From: Rhynchobatus australiae
Taxonomy: Eukaryota
Length of the DNA: 64,000 nucleotides
NCBI GenBank assembly: GCA_034780895.1
Contig: JAUZTB010000042.1
Span: forward strand, 10,610,975-10,674,974
Direction: 5' to 3'
The stretch's first letter is position 1, and the number at the start of each line of letters is the position of its first letter. Positions 49,771 to 62,729 of this stretch are shown piece by piece. Below the pieces are notes generated by a model, which did no database searches, had not been told where the DNA came from, and saw only the letters and a list, made by a program, of their open reading frames with translations. Position numbers and translations under genes: made by a program.

Positions 49771-50482
49771 GAACTCAGGAGGGCAGGATGGGGTGACATA
49801 GACACCAAATTAAAATCATGATGTAGTGACTTGTGCTAAATTTTCAAAAGAAAAGTTTTTAGGCCATTTTGTGATCTTGTTTTGTTTCAGTGTGCAATTT
49901 TTGTTTTGTGTTAACCCATTGGTATACCTGCTCATGATCATTTTTGAGAGAGGAAATATTATGAAAAGTGTTAAATTGAAATAATCTGGTTATGGCAAAG
50001 GATGGATTGAATTAAATTTGAACAATATGTGACATGGCAAAATTAGGTTGTGCTAATTTGCATATCAACAGATTTTAAAAAATAAGGAACAAGGGGGGAA
50101 ATACTTATTTTTAAAAGCTTTGAATTTTTGGCATCTTGGTTCTGTTGATCAGCAAATTTGCTAAACTTCAGAAATATTTTATAATATTTCTTATGATGTT
50201 CAGTGTGAACATTAGAATACACNNNNNNNNNNNNNNNNNNNNNNNNNNNNNNNNNNNNNNNNNNNNNNNNNNNNNNNNNNNNNNNNNNNNNNNNNNNNNN
50301 NNNNNNNNNNNNNNNNNNNNNNTAATATTTCTTATGATGTTCAGGGTGAACATTAGAATACACAGCATGATTGTTACAATTGGCTTTCTGGGCAGTTATT
50401 ACTCGACCACCTTTACCTGGACTTATCTAGGTTAAGATAACCAAACAGTCTAGGGCCTTAAACGCCTCAGTAAGGTTGCCAA

Positions 50483-50630
50483 GGCACAAGAGACTGCTGA
50501 TGCTGGGATTTGGAGCAACATACAATCTGCTGGAGGAACTCATCAGGTCGAGCAGCATCTGGGGAGGTGGGAAGGAATTGACAATCAACCCACTGAATTC
50601 CTCTGGGAGATTGTTTATTGCCTCAGTAGG
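50483..50630. mobile_element. Penelope-derived terminal remnant
   Basis: caagagactgctgatgctgggatttggagcaacatacaatctgctggaggaactcatcaggtcgagcagcatctg parallels 36920-36990. Confidence 0.6.
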
Positions 50631-52759
50631 ATACCCTCTCAGGTTTGGTCTTACCTTTGTCGTAAATGAATGGTCTATAAATTCTCTCTCAATCGTTTTG
50701 GCAGAGCAATCAACTTGGTTTGATTAAGATATTGCTCAGGAAGAGGCTTTCTTTCCAAAACTAACCTAGAATCAAATTGCCAGAGAGTCACAGAAGTATA
50801 TTTTTCAACCTACATTATATAAACTATCACTTGCAAATCTAATCAGAGCTCAGTTTTTCTAAGTATATCTTTAAACGTTAATATTTTGTGTTACATCCTG
50901 TATTTTCTTCATGGTGAGAGTGCATAGGAAGTTCTTTGTCAGAAGTGTTGATGAATATAAAGTTGAAGAAAATATTGAACAAATTTGTGTTTTGCTTCCT
51001 ATAGGATACCTTTGGGGTATTAAGCACAAATAATGGCAAAGCTGAGGGGCACATCTAGTTCTGTGGACTAAATAACCTATTTCTGTGCAGTATATTCTTT
51101 AATATTTTCAGAAACTGCCACCTGCTTTGCTAAAATAAATAAAATAAATCCAGTTCTTAAAATATTTTTTAAAATTTCTGTTTCATTGATCACATAATAT
51201 GCTGTGTTCACTAATTTAAAGGATGCTTGAGTTAGTCAGTCACTTGCATTGAATTCCAATGAAAGTTACCTTGTATTTAAAAGAAGCCAAACTTATTTGT
51301 TGGTGATTTCATGCAAGGAATTCCAAACTAGCATTAAATTGGCAACTTTATTAAAAGTTTCTTAATGGACATCAGTTTTCAGAATTTACATAAAGCAGAA
51401 GACAGAAGGGTGTAAGTCCTCTAACACTTGGATTGGCCTGTCCACCTGTTCAGTATTTGTTTTAAGTTCTGGAAGTTCAAGAGTTAAGTATACAGTGGTT
51501 GCTGCTCAATCAGTGGATTCTTCAGCTGTTATGGATCCAAAATTACATCAAAAAGTTGGACCAACTTTCTTGTCGTCATTGTCCTTAGTCAGTCACCATT
51601 GCTGCCAAAACATTATTAGTTCCTACTTGATTAAATGAGTTTATAAATTATTTATCAGCTCACGATTAGCAGATTATTATCCATTAGCTCTAACTTATCA
51701 CTCTGTTGAAAATATGAAATGTGTATCAATCAGATGCATCATGTCTTTTATAAACTTGACAAAATTGTGCTCTCATAGCAAGCAAATCTCCTGNNNNNNN
51801 NNNNNNNNNNNNNNNNNNNNNNNNNNNNNNNNNNNNNNNNNNNNNNNNNNNNNNNNNNNNNNNNNNNNNNNNNNNNNNNNNNNNNNNNNNNNNAGCAAAT
51901 CTCCTGTGGTGTTGCTTATGATAAATATTAATGACCTGACTGTCATATCATGTAATGTGATATGATAACTCTTCATTAGCAGCAGAGTTGTGTTTAAAAC
52001 TAGAAACCCTCCAATTGCTAATAGTCAACACTATCTGGAGTCGCAAAATATTTTCACTATTTGTCAAATACTGCTGCTGATTTGCATGTACTTGGCAGTT
52101 TGAGGCTATACAAAGAACTACCAAGCATCTCCAGATAGGTTTGTCTCCTTAACTAGGTCTAACTTCTGGAATTATTAAATGCAGAAAAACATGTAACATC
52201 TTTAACGTGTTAATTCATAAATCTCCTAACCTGCTGCACAAAATGGGTTAGATTTTGTAATCAGTGGCTTGGCAGCAATCTTTTGGAGCAAAGCAAATTG
52301 CTTCCCCCACCTCCCTCACACCCATCACCACCACTACCAAGATCATCTCTCTCAACAAAATTAGTGGAATGAAATTTGAACTTTGGATAAAAGGGGGGGG
52401 GGGGGGGTGATTTGCCCTGCCAATTTATGAGGGAATGAAGTTCCGTTCTGCCCATTTACTACCAAGGCACTGAAGATCAAACTCTACTCTGGTATATCAA
52501 AGAAGATATTACGCCAAGGCTTTTGTGTTGTTTGTTTCCTTTGTTCTACTCAGGATTGCTTTTCCTCCTCACTTGTATAGTGTGTGTGGTGTCAGCTATA
52601 GATCACTGAGGACATAAAAATCCCATGACTGGTTTCTGCGCAACACATGGATGGGTCACTTGCTCCAGATGGCATGTCTCTTGGGTTGATGGAGGAAGCC
52701 ATGCTGGGGATGGCAGGAGGCCTAAGACGTGGGAGAGATGACAGAATTAGTGAGTGGCA

Positions 52760-54165
52760 AATGTTCAAGAAAGGGTTTAAGAAAGTTCCATCTCATTCAA
52801 GGCCAGTCAGTTTAGCATCAGTGATAGGTAAGGTTTTAGTAATAATCAGGGAAAAAATACAGGCATTTNNNNNNNNNNNNNNNNNNCTAATTGAATTTTC
52901 TGATCAAGTAATGAGAGGTATGTGGTTGTTTTTCAGACTGGGGAGTAGGAGACAGTGGTCTTTCTTGAGGGTCGGTACTGGGACCATTGCTTTTTTTTGA
53001 TTAAATATAAATGACCTAGACATTGGAATAAAGAGTAAAAATTCATAAGTTCTCCATGATGCCAAACTTGGAGTTGTGGCATTCAGTGGGGATGATCCCA
53101 CTTGACTGTGGCAGGACTTGTGCAAGCAGATTGGGCAGACAGTGGTCAGATGGAATTTATTGCAGAGAAGCAGAGGGACGGGGGGAGAAAAAAAGTCGAT
53201 GACAGTTCTAAAGAGTGTGCTACAACTGAGGGATGTGAGGGTTCATTTGAATGTATCTTTGAAGTTGATAGCCATGTTGAGAGAGTGTTAGCAAAATATT
53301 TGGGATCGTGGGCTTTATAAGTTGAAGTAAATTGTGTACAGAAGCAGGGAGGTTTTGTCAAACCTTTGTCAAACTCTGGTAAAGCTGCAGCTGGGGCATT
53401 GTGTCCATTTCTGGTCACCACAGTTTGGTGGATGTGCTGGTCATTGAGAACAAGAGTTGAGCTAACAGAATGGTTCCAGGGATGAGGGATTTTACTACAA
53501 GGGTACGTTGGAAAAACTGTGGTTGTTCTCCTTGAATTAAAGGAGGCTGAAGGGAAGTTTTATACACGTGTGCAACATTATGACAGGTTTAGAAATTTCA
53601 GCGTTATGACAGGGTGGCACAGTAGCATAGTGGTTAGCGCAACGCTATTACAGCACCAGCGACCTGGGTTCAATTCCTGCCGCTGTCTGTAAGGAGTTTA
53701 TACGTTCTCCCGTGTCTGTGTGGGTTTCCTCCGGGTGCTCCGGTTTCCCCCCACATTCCAAAGATGTACGGGTAGGTTAATATGGGTTTTAAAATGGGCG
53801 GTGCGGACTCGTTGGGCCGGAAGGACCTGTTACCACACTGTAAATAATTTTTTTTAAATTTAAAATTTAGAAATGCTGCTTCTATTAGCTGATGCTACAA
53901 TGACAAGGGGTTGTATATTTAAGGTCCAGGGCAAGAGACACAGCATTGTGAGGAAGAACTTTTTTTTAGAAATCTACAATTTGCTGCCTATGAGGATGGT
54001 AGAAACCGAGAATTTTAAAAAAAATTTAAGAAGTAGAAAATGAGAAAGAAATTGAATAGGCATTGGAGAGAAATAAACTGGCAGGGTTGGGGGACAGAAC
54101 AGGGAATGGGACCGAGTGCCAGCATGAATTTGATGGGCCCAATAACGTCATCTGTACTGAAGTAA
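52760..54165 (+). mobile_element. Decayed CR1 LINE (RT to 3' end) with a nested young SINE
   Basis: FKKG...SRPVSLASVIGKVL..IIREKI...LIEFSDQV, then INDLD..KF..DAKLG remnants, and 3' tail agcatgaatttgatgggccc. Confidence 0.78.
53612..53850 (+). mobile_element. tRNA-derived HE1/V-type SINE (young) with intact Pol III boxes
   Basis: A box TAGCATAGTGG 53623-53633, B box GGTTCAATTCC 53667-53677, V-domain, CR1-type tail; flanked by TTTAGAAAT direct repeats (53588 and 53866). Confidence 0.92.
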
Positions 54166-56221
54166 CTCTTTTAAAATAAGAGCAGAGGAATATTTATTCT
54201 TTGGTTATTTTCTCTAAAATCTGGTTATTTTGTTGATACTTGATTGCAATAGATGAGACATTGTGGTGCACAAGTAGGTTGCTGCTTCTGTTACATTGCA
54301 CTTCAAATGGATTTAATTGATATTTAAAGCAATCCAGGGTCATGAAATTGTGAAAAGTGCCATAAAGATTCTTCTTAATATTTGCTTATCAGTTTTTTTT
54401 TAGCTTTTTACATGTTTGTGTAAGTATGATTTTAATGGGAATGGAGGGGTGAATATGCTGTGCTGGGTCTGGAATGTATTTCAGCTTTGTCCTTTATTAA
54501 GGTACCCATCATAACCATTATTTCCCAGTCTTGCCTTGGACCCAGTACCAGTTTGTAACTTGCCACTTAATGGAAATTATATGATATACTGACTTTTGCT
54601 GAAACTTTGTGACTAAACAAAAACATTGGATTGATGCCTTTTAGAGTCAACTTTCACAAAATGATCATAGAGCAGGAGATATAGCTTCATGATGCAGGTT
54701 ACCAATGGCTGCCATTTTTTTGGGGGGGGGCGGGGAGGAGCTGTTTTCATCTGATCTATAATCCTACTTTTGTTCTGTTTGAATCCTGTTAGAGAAGTTC
54801 TGTATCCAGAAAAGTAACATCATCTATAGTTTGCACCATTGTTATTTGCATAGTTGTTTCAGTGATGCTCAAGGGCAAGCTGCAAATCATCCCCTGTAAG
54901 TTCTGCCAGCACCAGCAGCTTTACCATTATTATACAATATCAGATCAGTTTAACTTCCAACCAATCGTCAGATCTTATTTTGCTTGCTTACTTCCTCAAC
55001 CTCTGTTCAGATTGAATATTTACTTTGGCATCAGTGAACAACATTTTGCACTCGTGACATTCCAGCAAGCTTTTGCAATGCCTTCACTGCCAGATAATGT
55101 AATATCTGTATTTTGTTTTCAACAATGAACAATGGTGATATGCGTCCTCATTGTTATTAAAGTGTTCCGTACTTATGCCATCATTAAATGTGCTGAAGTT
55201 TTAGTGGTGTGTCATTGCAGTAATTCCACACCATTTGCAGTTTGCAAATTCCATTTTGTTGTTACATCACTTTAGTGCCTTTNNNNNNNNNNNNNNNNNN
55301 NNNNNNNNNNNNNNNNNNNNNNNNNNNNNNNNNNNNNNNNNNNNNNNNNNNNNNNNNNNNNNNNNNNNNNNNNNNNNNNNNNNNNNNNNNNNNNNNNNNN
55401 NNNNNNNNNNNNNNNNNNNNNNNNNNNNNNNNNNNNNNNNNNNNNNNNNNNNNNNNNNNNNNNNNNNNNNNNNNNNNNNNNNNNNNNNNNNNNNNNNNNN
55501 NNNNNNNNNNNNNNNNNNNNNNNNNNNNNNNNNNNNNNNNNNNNNNNNNNNNNNNNNNNNNNNNNNNNNNNNNNNNNNNNNNNNNNNNNNNNNNNNNNNN
55601 NNNNNNNNNNNNNNNNNNNNNNNNNNNNNNNNNNNNNNNNNNNNNNNNNNNNNNNNNNNNNNNNNNNNNNNNNNNNNNNNNNNNNNNNNNAGGTTGATGC
55701 ATAAAATCATTTAATTTGGTGTAACAATGCAATTTCTTGAACACTTTGTCATACCATTATTTTTGAAAGGTCTTGGCTAGTCAACAAAACTGATGTGTGG
55801 GTGTATCTATAAAGAGTGTTAATTATTGATTGAATTAAGTTTTGAAATCAAACCTAATAGTATCAAATCATCACACTTAGCTCTTTTCATTTGCTATTCT
55901 AGCCTTGTTAGTTGAACTCAGAAATTCAAAAGTTATGGACCTGCTGAATATTTTCTATTGCTCATTACAAATTAGAAATTGGCTATGTCTTGTTTTGCTT
56001 AAGCACTGAATGCATCCATTTCGTTCACAGAGGATCCCATATTGTGAAGCTCTATCATATGATTTAAAAAGTGCAGTCACAGTACCAAAAATGTTGAGTG
56101 AATATTGCCTGGGGTAATTTATTCACTTCTAAGTTTATTTTCCATTTGTGCCAGTGAAAGGGTTAACACACAAAAAGAATACATGAGCTATTTCTAATTA
56201 GTGGGACTGTTTTTCTTGCAG

Positions 56222-56514
56222 TGTTCCTGTCCCAGTAGTCAGCCTTGAGAAGATCCCGAACCTGGTGAAAACAGATGGTGCCAATGTTAAAATGAGTTCC
56301 ACCACTGCTACCACCTCGACCACCTCTTCTTCCTCTTCATCCTCCACATCTTCTGCAAGTTTGGTTAAGTCTGGTTTGACATCAACAACATCAAAGTCTG
56401 TGCCACCTTCACCTGAGAAGATTTTGAATGGGAAAGCAATAGTACCACCTGTGATAGACAAGAAACATCAGAATGGTACTAAAAGCAGTAACAAGTCTCA
56501 CAAAAGACTTTCTG
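56222..56514 (+). CDS. ATXN7L1: ATXN7L1 internal coding exon, 293 nt, phase 2 to phase 1; encodes VPVPVVSLEKIPNLVKTDGANVKMSSTTATTSTTSSSSSSSTSSASLVKSGLTSTTSKSVPPSPEKILNGKAIVPPVIDKKHQNGTKSSNKSHKRLS, just upstream of the SCA7 domain exon
   Basis: Acceptor gtttttcttgcag|T at 56221/56222 and donor TCTG|gtgagc at 56514/56515. The motifs VPVPVVSLEKIPNLVK.DGANVKM, SKSVPPSPEKILNGK and IDKKHQNGTK are characteristic of ATXN7L1. It is in frame with the upstream exon. Confidence 0.95.
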
Positions 56515-57299
56515 GTGAGCATTTCTGTCTACCTTCTTCTGTCATAAAGTTACCATTCGTCATTGCGTACAATAATCATGAGCAGGAAATCGACAGCAGG
56601 GAAACTGATAATCTGTGGAGTTTAAGAAAGCTGGTTTGTACATTGATATGATATACATGTTGAAATTGAAATTTAAGGCAATGTATCATGAATTCTTGGA
56701 AGAAGTTGCATATTGCAGTCTGTCATGCCAGTGGATGTATTCCAGAGCTCACGTTCATAGTCATTGGCAATTTTGGGGGATGGGGAAGAATAAAACTGTG
56801 CAAAATAGGTTTTGAACAATTAATGTAATTTAACATTTTAAAAAATAAATATTGATGTAAATAGTGTGTGTGCACTTGTGTGCTCAAATGAAAACTTGGG
56901 GATTTGGAGGAAGTATGCCTTGGTGTCCATGGGCTGAGGAGGAAACAAATTAGCCGGAGTTGCTGTTATGATTGGTATTCAGGGTGCCCTTCTGGAATGT
57001 GCATTAATGGATCTTCAAAGAGGACACATTGCTCAGCTGCACAATCATCCTTTGCCAAACCACATTGGTGTTGACTGCCTTGATTCTGATATGAAGACTG
57101 GTGACTTGAGCTAGGTACTGTACCAGAGCTTTCCTGTTGCCATTGGATAATGAACATGTTAATGCTTTCAGCAAAGGAAACTTGTGCCACAGAAGAAGCA
57201 GTAGCACAGTGGGTACAAAGTTGACCAATAGCCAGGAGAGCTTTGATGTAAAGTTATTTTTCAGAATTGAGGGGAAACAGTTGTGCCTCTTGTGTGTCG

Positions 57300-57720
57300 T
57301 TATTAGGGTGAGATTTTTTCGATATAAATGGATACAAAGTTCTCAGTGTCCAGGTGAGACAAGTAGTAAAGAGGGAGGAGGAACTGACAACACAAGCGAT
57401 AAATTGGTAGATGGGTGGCAGATGAAACTGAATACAGAAAAATGTGAAATGATACTTTTGGAAGGAAAGATGATGTAAACGGAATGGTACAACTTTCAAG
57501 CAGCATGGGAATGGAAAGGCCCCTTGGACTTTTCAATACAAATCTTGGGGAAGTGGCTNNNNNNNNNNTGATTAAAAACAGGATTCTTAACTCCATAAAT
57601 GGAGTCAGAAAGTATAAAAGGAAAAACTTTATGACAAACATTAGTCACTGATAAGCCTCAACTGCAACATTCTTCTCAACTTTGGACACCAGACAGGAAA
57701 ATTGCCAAGGCTTTGATCAA
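57300..57720 (+). mobile_element. Decayed CR1 fragment
   Basis: DKLVDGWQMKLNTEKCEMI in ORF 57137-57478 matches the CR1 W.M.FN..KC motif. Confidence 0.65.
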
Positions 57721-58189
57721 ATGTTAATCTGGTAAATAGGAGGGAGAGGAAGGGTAAGAGCTCTAAAGGAAAAAGAAGAAATTATAGTGGTTGTCAGAAG
57801 TTGTACTTCAGGCAGTACAAGGTAAAAATAAATCTGAAAAATGTTATCTTACTAAAATGAAAGAAAAAAGTAAGAAATATGCAAGTTCTAGAGAAGAAAG
57901 CATTAGGTTATGTGACTAGAATAATGTTCTTTGCACAACTACATGGAGGGTTAGCAGCAAATGAATGAATTACAGGTCTGGACTCAAAACTGTGAAGAAC
58001 TAAAACTAAATACAGCGAGATATAAAGTTGACCTGGAAAATGGTGGAGGACGAAGAGTAGTCTGTATGATTGAGGATGAAATAACTTCAGTGATTTCAGG
58101 AGATATAACAAATGGTAAGTAGGCTGTATAGGCTTTATGGGTAGAGTTAAGAAATGTGTATTTTTATAAATTCTTAAATGGGATGTGTA

Positions 58190-59280
58190 TGTTTGTTGCC
58201 AAGGCTGGCATTTATTGTATGTGCCTAATTCCTCTTTGAAGATTTCAAAGACAAAATTAGAGGAAACTACATTGATGTGTCTGGAGTTATGTAAAGGTCA
58301 GACCAGGTGAGATGGGCATATTTCCTTCCCTGAAGAGCCTTTGTGAAATATTTTTGTACAACCACCTGATAGTTTCATGGACAACATAAGAGACTGTAGC
58401 ATTCATTTAATGGTGGGCTTTAGTGCAAGAGGGATGGAGTAGAAAAGTAGTAACATGTTGCTACTACTGCGCAAGGCCTTGGTGAGACCAAAATGGAGTC
58501 CTTAATANNNNNNNNNNTGAGGTTTATATACTGGAGACAATCCAGAGGTTCAGTAAGCTGATTCCTGGAATGAAGTGATTATCGTATGAGGAAATTATGA
58601 GCAGATTTCAAATCACTTCACGTGATATCAAGGATTGACTGAGAATACTGAATACTGAAGAGTCCATGAGATCTGACCTGTGCTTCAGAACTAGCTTGCA
58701 CTTCTAGCTATGACATTCCAGTACACTTATAGCACTGGCACCTACTGTACAATGTGGAAAATTGCCCAGATAAGTTGTGTTCACGAAAAGCAGGATAAAT
58801 CCTAACCAGCTAANNNNNNNNNNNNNNNNNNNNNNNNNNNNNNNNNNNNCACCAACAATCTACTCCCCAATGTATAATTTGGGTTTCACCAGGAGGACCA
58901 CTCAGCTCCAGACCTGCGCAGCCTTCGTCCAGACATATTCCAAGATTTGAATTCCAAAGTGACTGCCCTAGCTATCGAGGCAGCATTTGACTGAGTGTGG
59001 CATCAAGATGCCCAGGTGAAAGTAAAGAGGGCATCAAAGAGGAAGTAGTCCAATGGATAGAGTCAGATTTCGCACAAAGGAAGATGTTTGTGTTTGTCGA
59101 ATGTCAAGTCATCACACCCCCAGAACATCAGTGTAGAAGTTCCCCAGGACAGCACCTTGGGGCTTAACCATTTTCAGTTTCTTCATCAATGACATTTCTT
59201 CTATTAAAAGGTCAGAAATCAGGATGTTCATTAATGATTGCACCTTATTTAATTCTATTTGCAAATGAAACAGTCCACAC
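58190..59280. mobile_element. Cluster of LINE fragments, including an RT remnant at about 58700-59280 (+)
   Basis: tggaaaattgcccag...cacgaaaagcaggataaatcctaacccagc...aggcagcatttgactgagtgtggcatc...gttccccaggacagc...ttcatcaatgac...gctgatgattg-like motifs. Confidence 0.7.
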
Positions 59281-59589
59281 CTTTACTATTTTCTTTCTTA
59301 ATTGTTTGTTGTGCCTGCGTATTAATTTTTAGTGATTTGTTTACATCAATAAATACAAAAAACTCCTGGGTTTTCACTACATAGATGCCCTACTTTTCTA
59401 TTTTTTCTACTGCAGTAAATAACTTTATATTTCTCCACATTATCGGCCACATTTTTTCTCCATTAACATTCCAATTACTTTTCCGCCCTCTTCATGCTTT
59501 ATTTTCCCAACTTCAAGTTAAGGTTGACTCAGTCAGTGCTGTTGTTTCCATGCCACTTGGTGATGGATGTTGAAGTCTCCCACTCAGAA

Positions 59590-59930
59590 TAGACTAGAAC
59601 AGAGGAGCATTTCAACCCTGCTCAGCCATTTATTATGATCATGGCTGATCTATGCTGGCCTCAGCTCCTCTTCTGTGCCACTTCTCCACACTTATAATGA
59701 TCCACCACCCACCGGGGCAGAGAATTGCAGAGATTTCCACCTAGTGCAAGAAGAAATTTCTATATACCTCAGCTTTAAATGACTGGCCCCTTATAGTTAT
59801 GACCACTTGTTCGAGGCTCTCCCACTAGTGAACACATTCGAACATCTACTCTGTCAAGCCCCCTTAGGATATTATGTATTTGAATAAGCTCACCTTTCTT
59901 TCTTCTAAATTCCTAGGAATACAGCTAGGA
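59590..59930 (-). mobile_element. CR1 3' end
   Basis: gccatttattatgatcatggctgatct...ggggcagagaattgcagagatt...aagaaatttc...ctctgtcaagcccc. Confidence 0.78.
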
Positions 59931-59939
59931 ATATAGGCT

Positions 59940-60935
59940 GGTCAGAAAAATAAAGAGAGAGTGGGAAATACGATCCAAAATTGGCAGGAAGCAAAGGATA
60001 ATGGTTGATGACTGTTCTTATGATTGGAAGGCTGTTCTACAGGGCTTAATACTCAATCAATGTTTTTATAAGTATAAATTAATAATTTACACTAAAATGT
60101 AGGGAGCATGATAAAGACGTTTGAAGGTGCAGTTAGTCTTTGTATATGGTTGACAGAAAAAGGAAAGCTTTGGACTGAGGAAGATGTTGATGATCAACTC
60201 AGTTTGGCAGAAAATAGCAGAAGGAATTTAATCCCGTGAAGTGCAAGGTGCAACAAGGCCACGAAATTTATGATGAAGGGGAGGATATTGAGGGACACAG
60301 AAGAACATTGGAAATTTGTCCACTGTCCTTGAAGGTAGCAGGACAGGACAAGAAGGTGATTAAAAGGCATACAGGACAGGATGCTTTTCTTTAGCTGAGG
60401 CATGGACTGTAAGAGCTTGGAGGTTATTGTGGAATTATATGCAATACTAGTTAGACCAGAGCTTGAGTACAGCATACAGTTCTGGTCACCACATTACAAG
60501 AATCAAGCGATAAGGTGCAGAAAAGATTTAAGAAAATATTGCCAGGACTGGAAAATTGTAGCTTCAAGGAAAGATTGGATTGGCTGGGTTTGTTTTTCTC
60601 TGGTGCAGAGGAGACTGAGGGAGATCTTAATTGAGGGGCCCAGGTATGGGCCTATATACCTTAGCTGAAAGGTTGAAAACCAGGAAACATAAATTTACAG
60701 TCATTGGTCAAAAAAACTTTTGCAGGAAGATGAGGAAAAAAGTTTTCAGGTGGTGGGGGTTTGGAACTCACTACCTGAAGGGGAAATGGAAGCAGAAAGC
60801 ATAAAATTTACAAAGTACTTGCATGTGTGCCTGAAGAGTTATGCCTTTGTAGGGACCCAGCCTAATGTTGGAAGGAGGGATTAGGCTCCCTTGTGATCAG
60901 CGCAGACATGATAGACTGAATGATTGCTTCCTGTG
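59940..60935 (+). mobile_element. Decayed CR1 LINE 3' portion
   Basis: ORF 60402-60668 KSLEVIVELYAILVRPELEYSIQFWSPHYK..., the CR1 ORF2 C-terminal motif. Confidence 0.85.
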
Positions 60936-61039
60936 AAATATATTTTAAATAATTTTCAAAAATGTTCATGTTGTGCNNNNNNNNNNNNNNNNNNNNNNNN
61001 NNNNNNNNNNNNNNNNNNNNNNNNNNNNNNNNNCTAAGT

Positions 61040-62090
61040 CATTTCTATAGGCAGCTGAACCCCCAGTATGATCCTGACAGTACCTATTACAATCTGGCTA
61101 TTTCTCAATAAGCTGCTTGTTCCAACTCTTATTTTCAGATCGTTAACTAATCCTCAAGCTAGGCTAATATATTACTCTCTGTTCTCTGAGGTATAATCTT
61201 GTGTAACATCCTTTTGAATGGTACTTCACTGAATGGCTCTTGAAAATCTAAATATTGTACATCCATTTACACCCCCTTCACCATCCTGTTAGTTACACCT
61301 ACAAAAAAAACTCCTTCCTGCCTTATTCATTTTTGGTCAAATCATTACTGTTATGCAGTTTTGACATTACTCATGGGGCTTTTGAATGTACCTTTCCTGT
61401 TTCCAAATATATCCCCACCATGTCCCTTCCCTCCCACCACGTCCCTTCAGTCAGTTTAAAATCCTGCATACCACTTTTTGATTTGTCAAAGGACTGGCCC
61501 CAGTCTGGTTTAGGTGGGGTCATCCTAGTGGAATAGCTCCCTCTTTTGACATTGCTGGGTGTCAGTGTTGCATGAATTGAAACTCTTGACTCTTACCATT
61601 CTTCCGGTCTCACAGTTAATCATCTAATCTGTTAGTAATTTGCATATGTTTTGGGAGTGATACAAGACTTCTTCCATTGCGATTCTGTAGCTTAGTGGCC
61701 TTTTCTACCATGGCCCCATGGTGAGACCGCTCATTGGTCTTGCAGAGTCTGGCCCAGCTATGCAGTCAACCTTGTACCTTTTGCGTGTGGGCAAAGGCTG
61801 AGGCTCCTCTAATACAGCAATGAGGGTGCCTATACCTTACCCTTGCATTCACATGCCCCTGTCCTTGATCATAAGCAGGTCCTTCACACTTAGTCTCCAA
61901 AGGGTCCAAGCAATGCCTTGTTCCATTTCCCACCATCCACATCCGGCCTTTAGTCTCCCTCTGATACTCCAGAAACCCAGCACACCAGACTCAAGTTGCA
62001 GACACAGCAAATTGCTGGTTTGCCGTGAAATCAGAAGCTCCCCATTGGCAGCTGTTGATACACATCACCTACACAACCATTGCTATTTAC
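61040..62090 (-). mobile_element. Decayed CR1 mosaic (RT and ORF1 fragments)
   Basis: tcagtttaaaatcctgcatacc...actggccccagtctggtttaggtgggg...tcccattggcagc parallels 43100-43950. Confidence 0.5.
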
Positions 62091-62729
62091 ACCAGTTTTG
62101 ATTGTGTAACTGATTGGAAGTTTTGAATTTAACTGGCAACTTTTATGTTTTTTTCGCTGAATACATTGATCCTGTTTGACATGCAAGTTGATTGAGATGA
62201 ATGTTGAGTTGTAACTCTACCCACCCACTTCTCATTGTACTGTGGTGTTACTTTACCGATTCTTCTTCAACTGCACTCAGCCTTGCTCGTTTCTGGTGCT
62301 CCATTGTGCTCTTGCTTTGGTTAGTCACCATTATCCTTTCTTCATTGCGGGCTTCCACCATCAATTCTGCACTGACTGCTCAAGTGAAAATGTGATCATG
62401 TGTTGATAACATTCGAAGGTGGAGCTTTGTTGTAAATTAGGGAGGGCAATAAAGCAATTACGGAGATTGATACCCTTCTGCCAGCCTCACAAAGACGTAA
62501 TTTTGATGTGTGTGGCTTAGCACTACACTGAGCAGTCTCCTTACTTGAACAGACTAAATAGCAAAGCACGATAAACGTGCAAACTACTGCCTACCTCTGT
62601 CCCAAGATCTATCCAGCACAGTTCTGCCTGAAAGCATCCTTCAGCATTGTTGCTGCGGTAACCATTTACTCATATGGAGAATAGTTTATTATGGCTCTTA
62701 TCTCCAGTGGTTAAACCTGCTTAGATGCT

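Noticed and set aside
50180-50362. About 40-bp direct repeat around a 100-N gap (also 51781-51905)
   Set aside because: Assembly overlap artefact.
52392-52408. Poly-G homopolymer (also about 54722)
   Set aside because: Simple mononucleotide run with no supporting context; its length is error-prone.
55235-55744. Long ORFs spanning N runs (also 17546-18019 and 35181-35462)
   Set aside because: Open only because N codons translate as X.
56198-56461. Minus-strand acidic ORF (EDEEEEEVVEVV)
   Set aside because: Antisense shadow of the poly-Ser/Thr coding tract.
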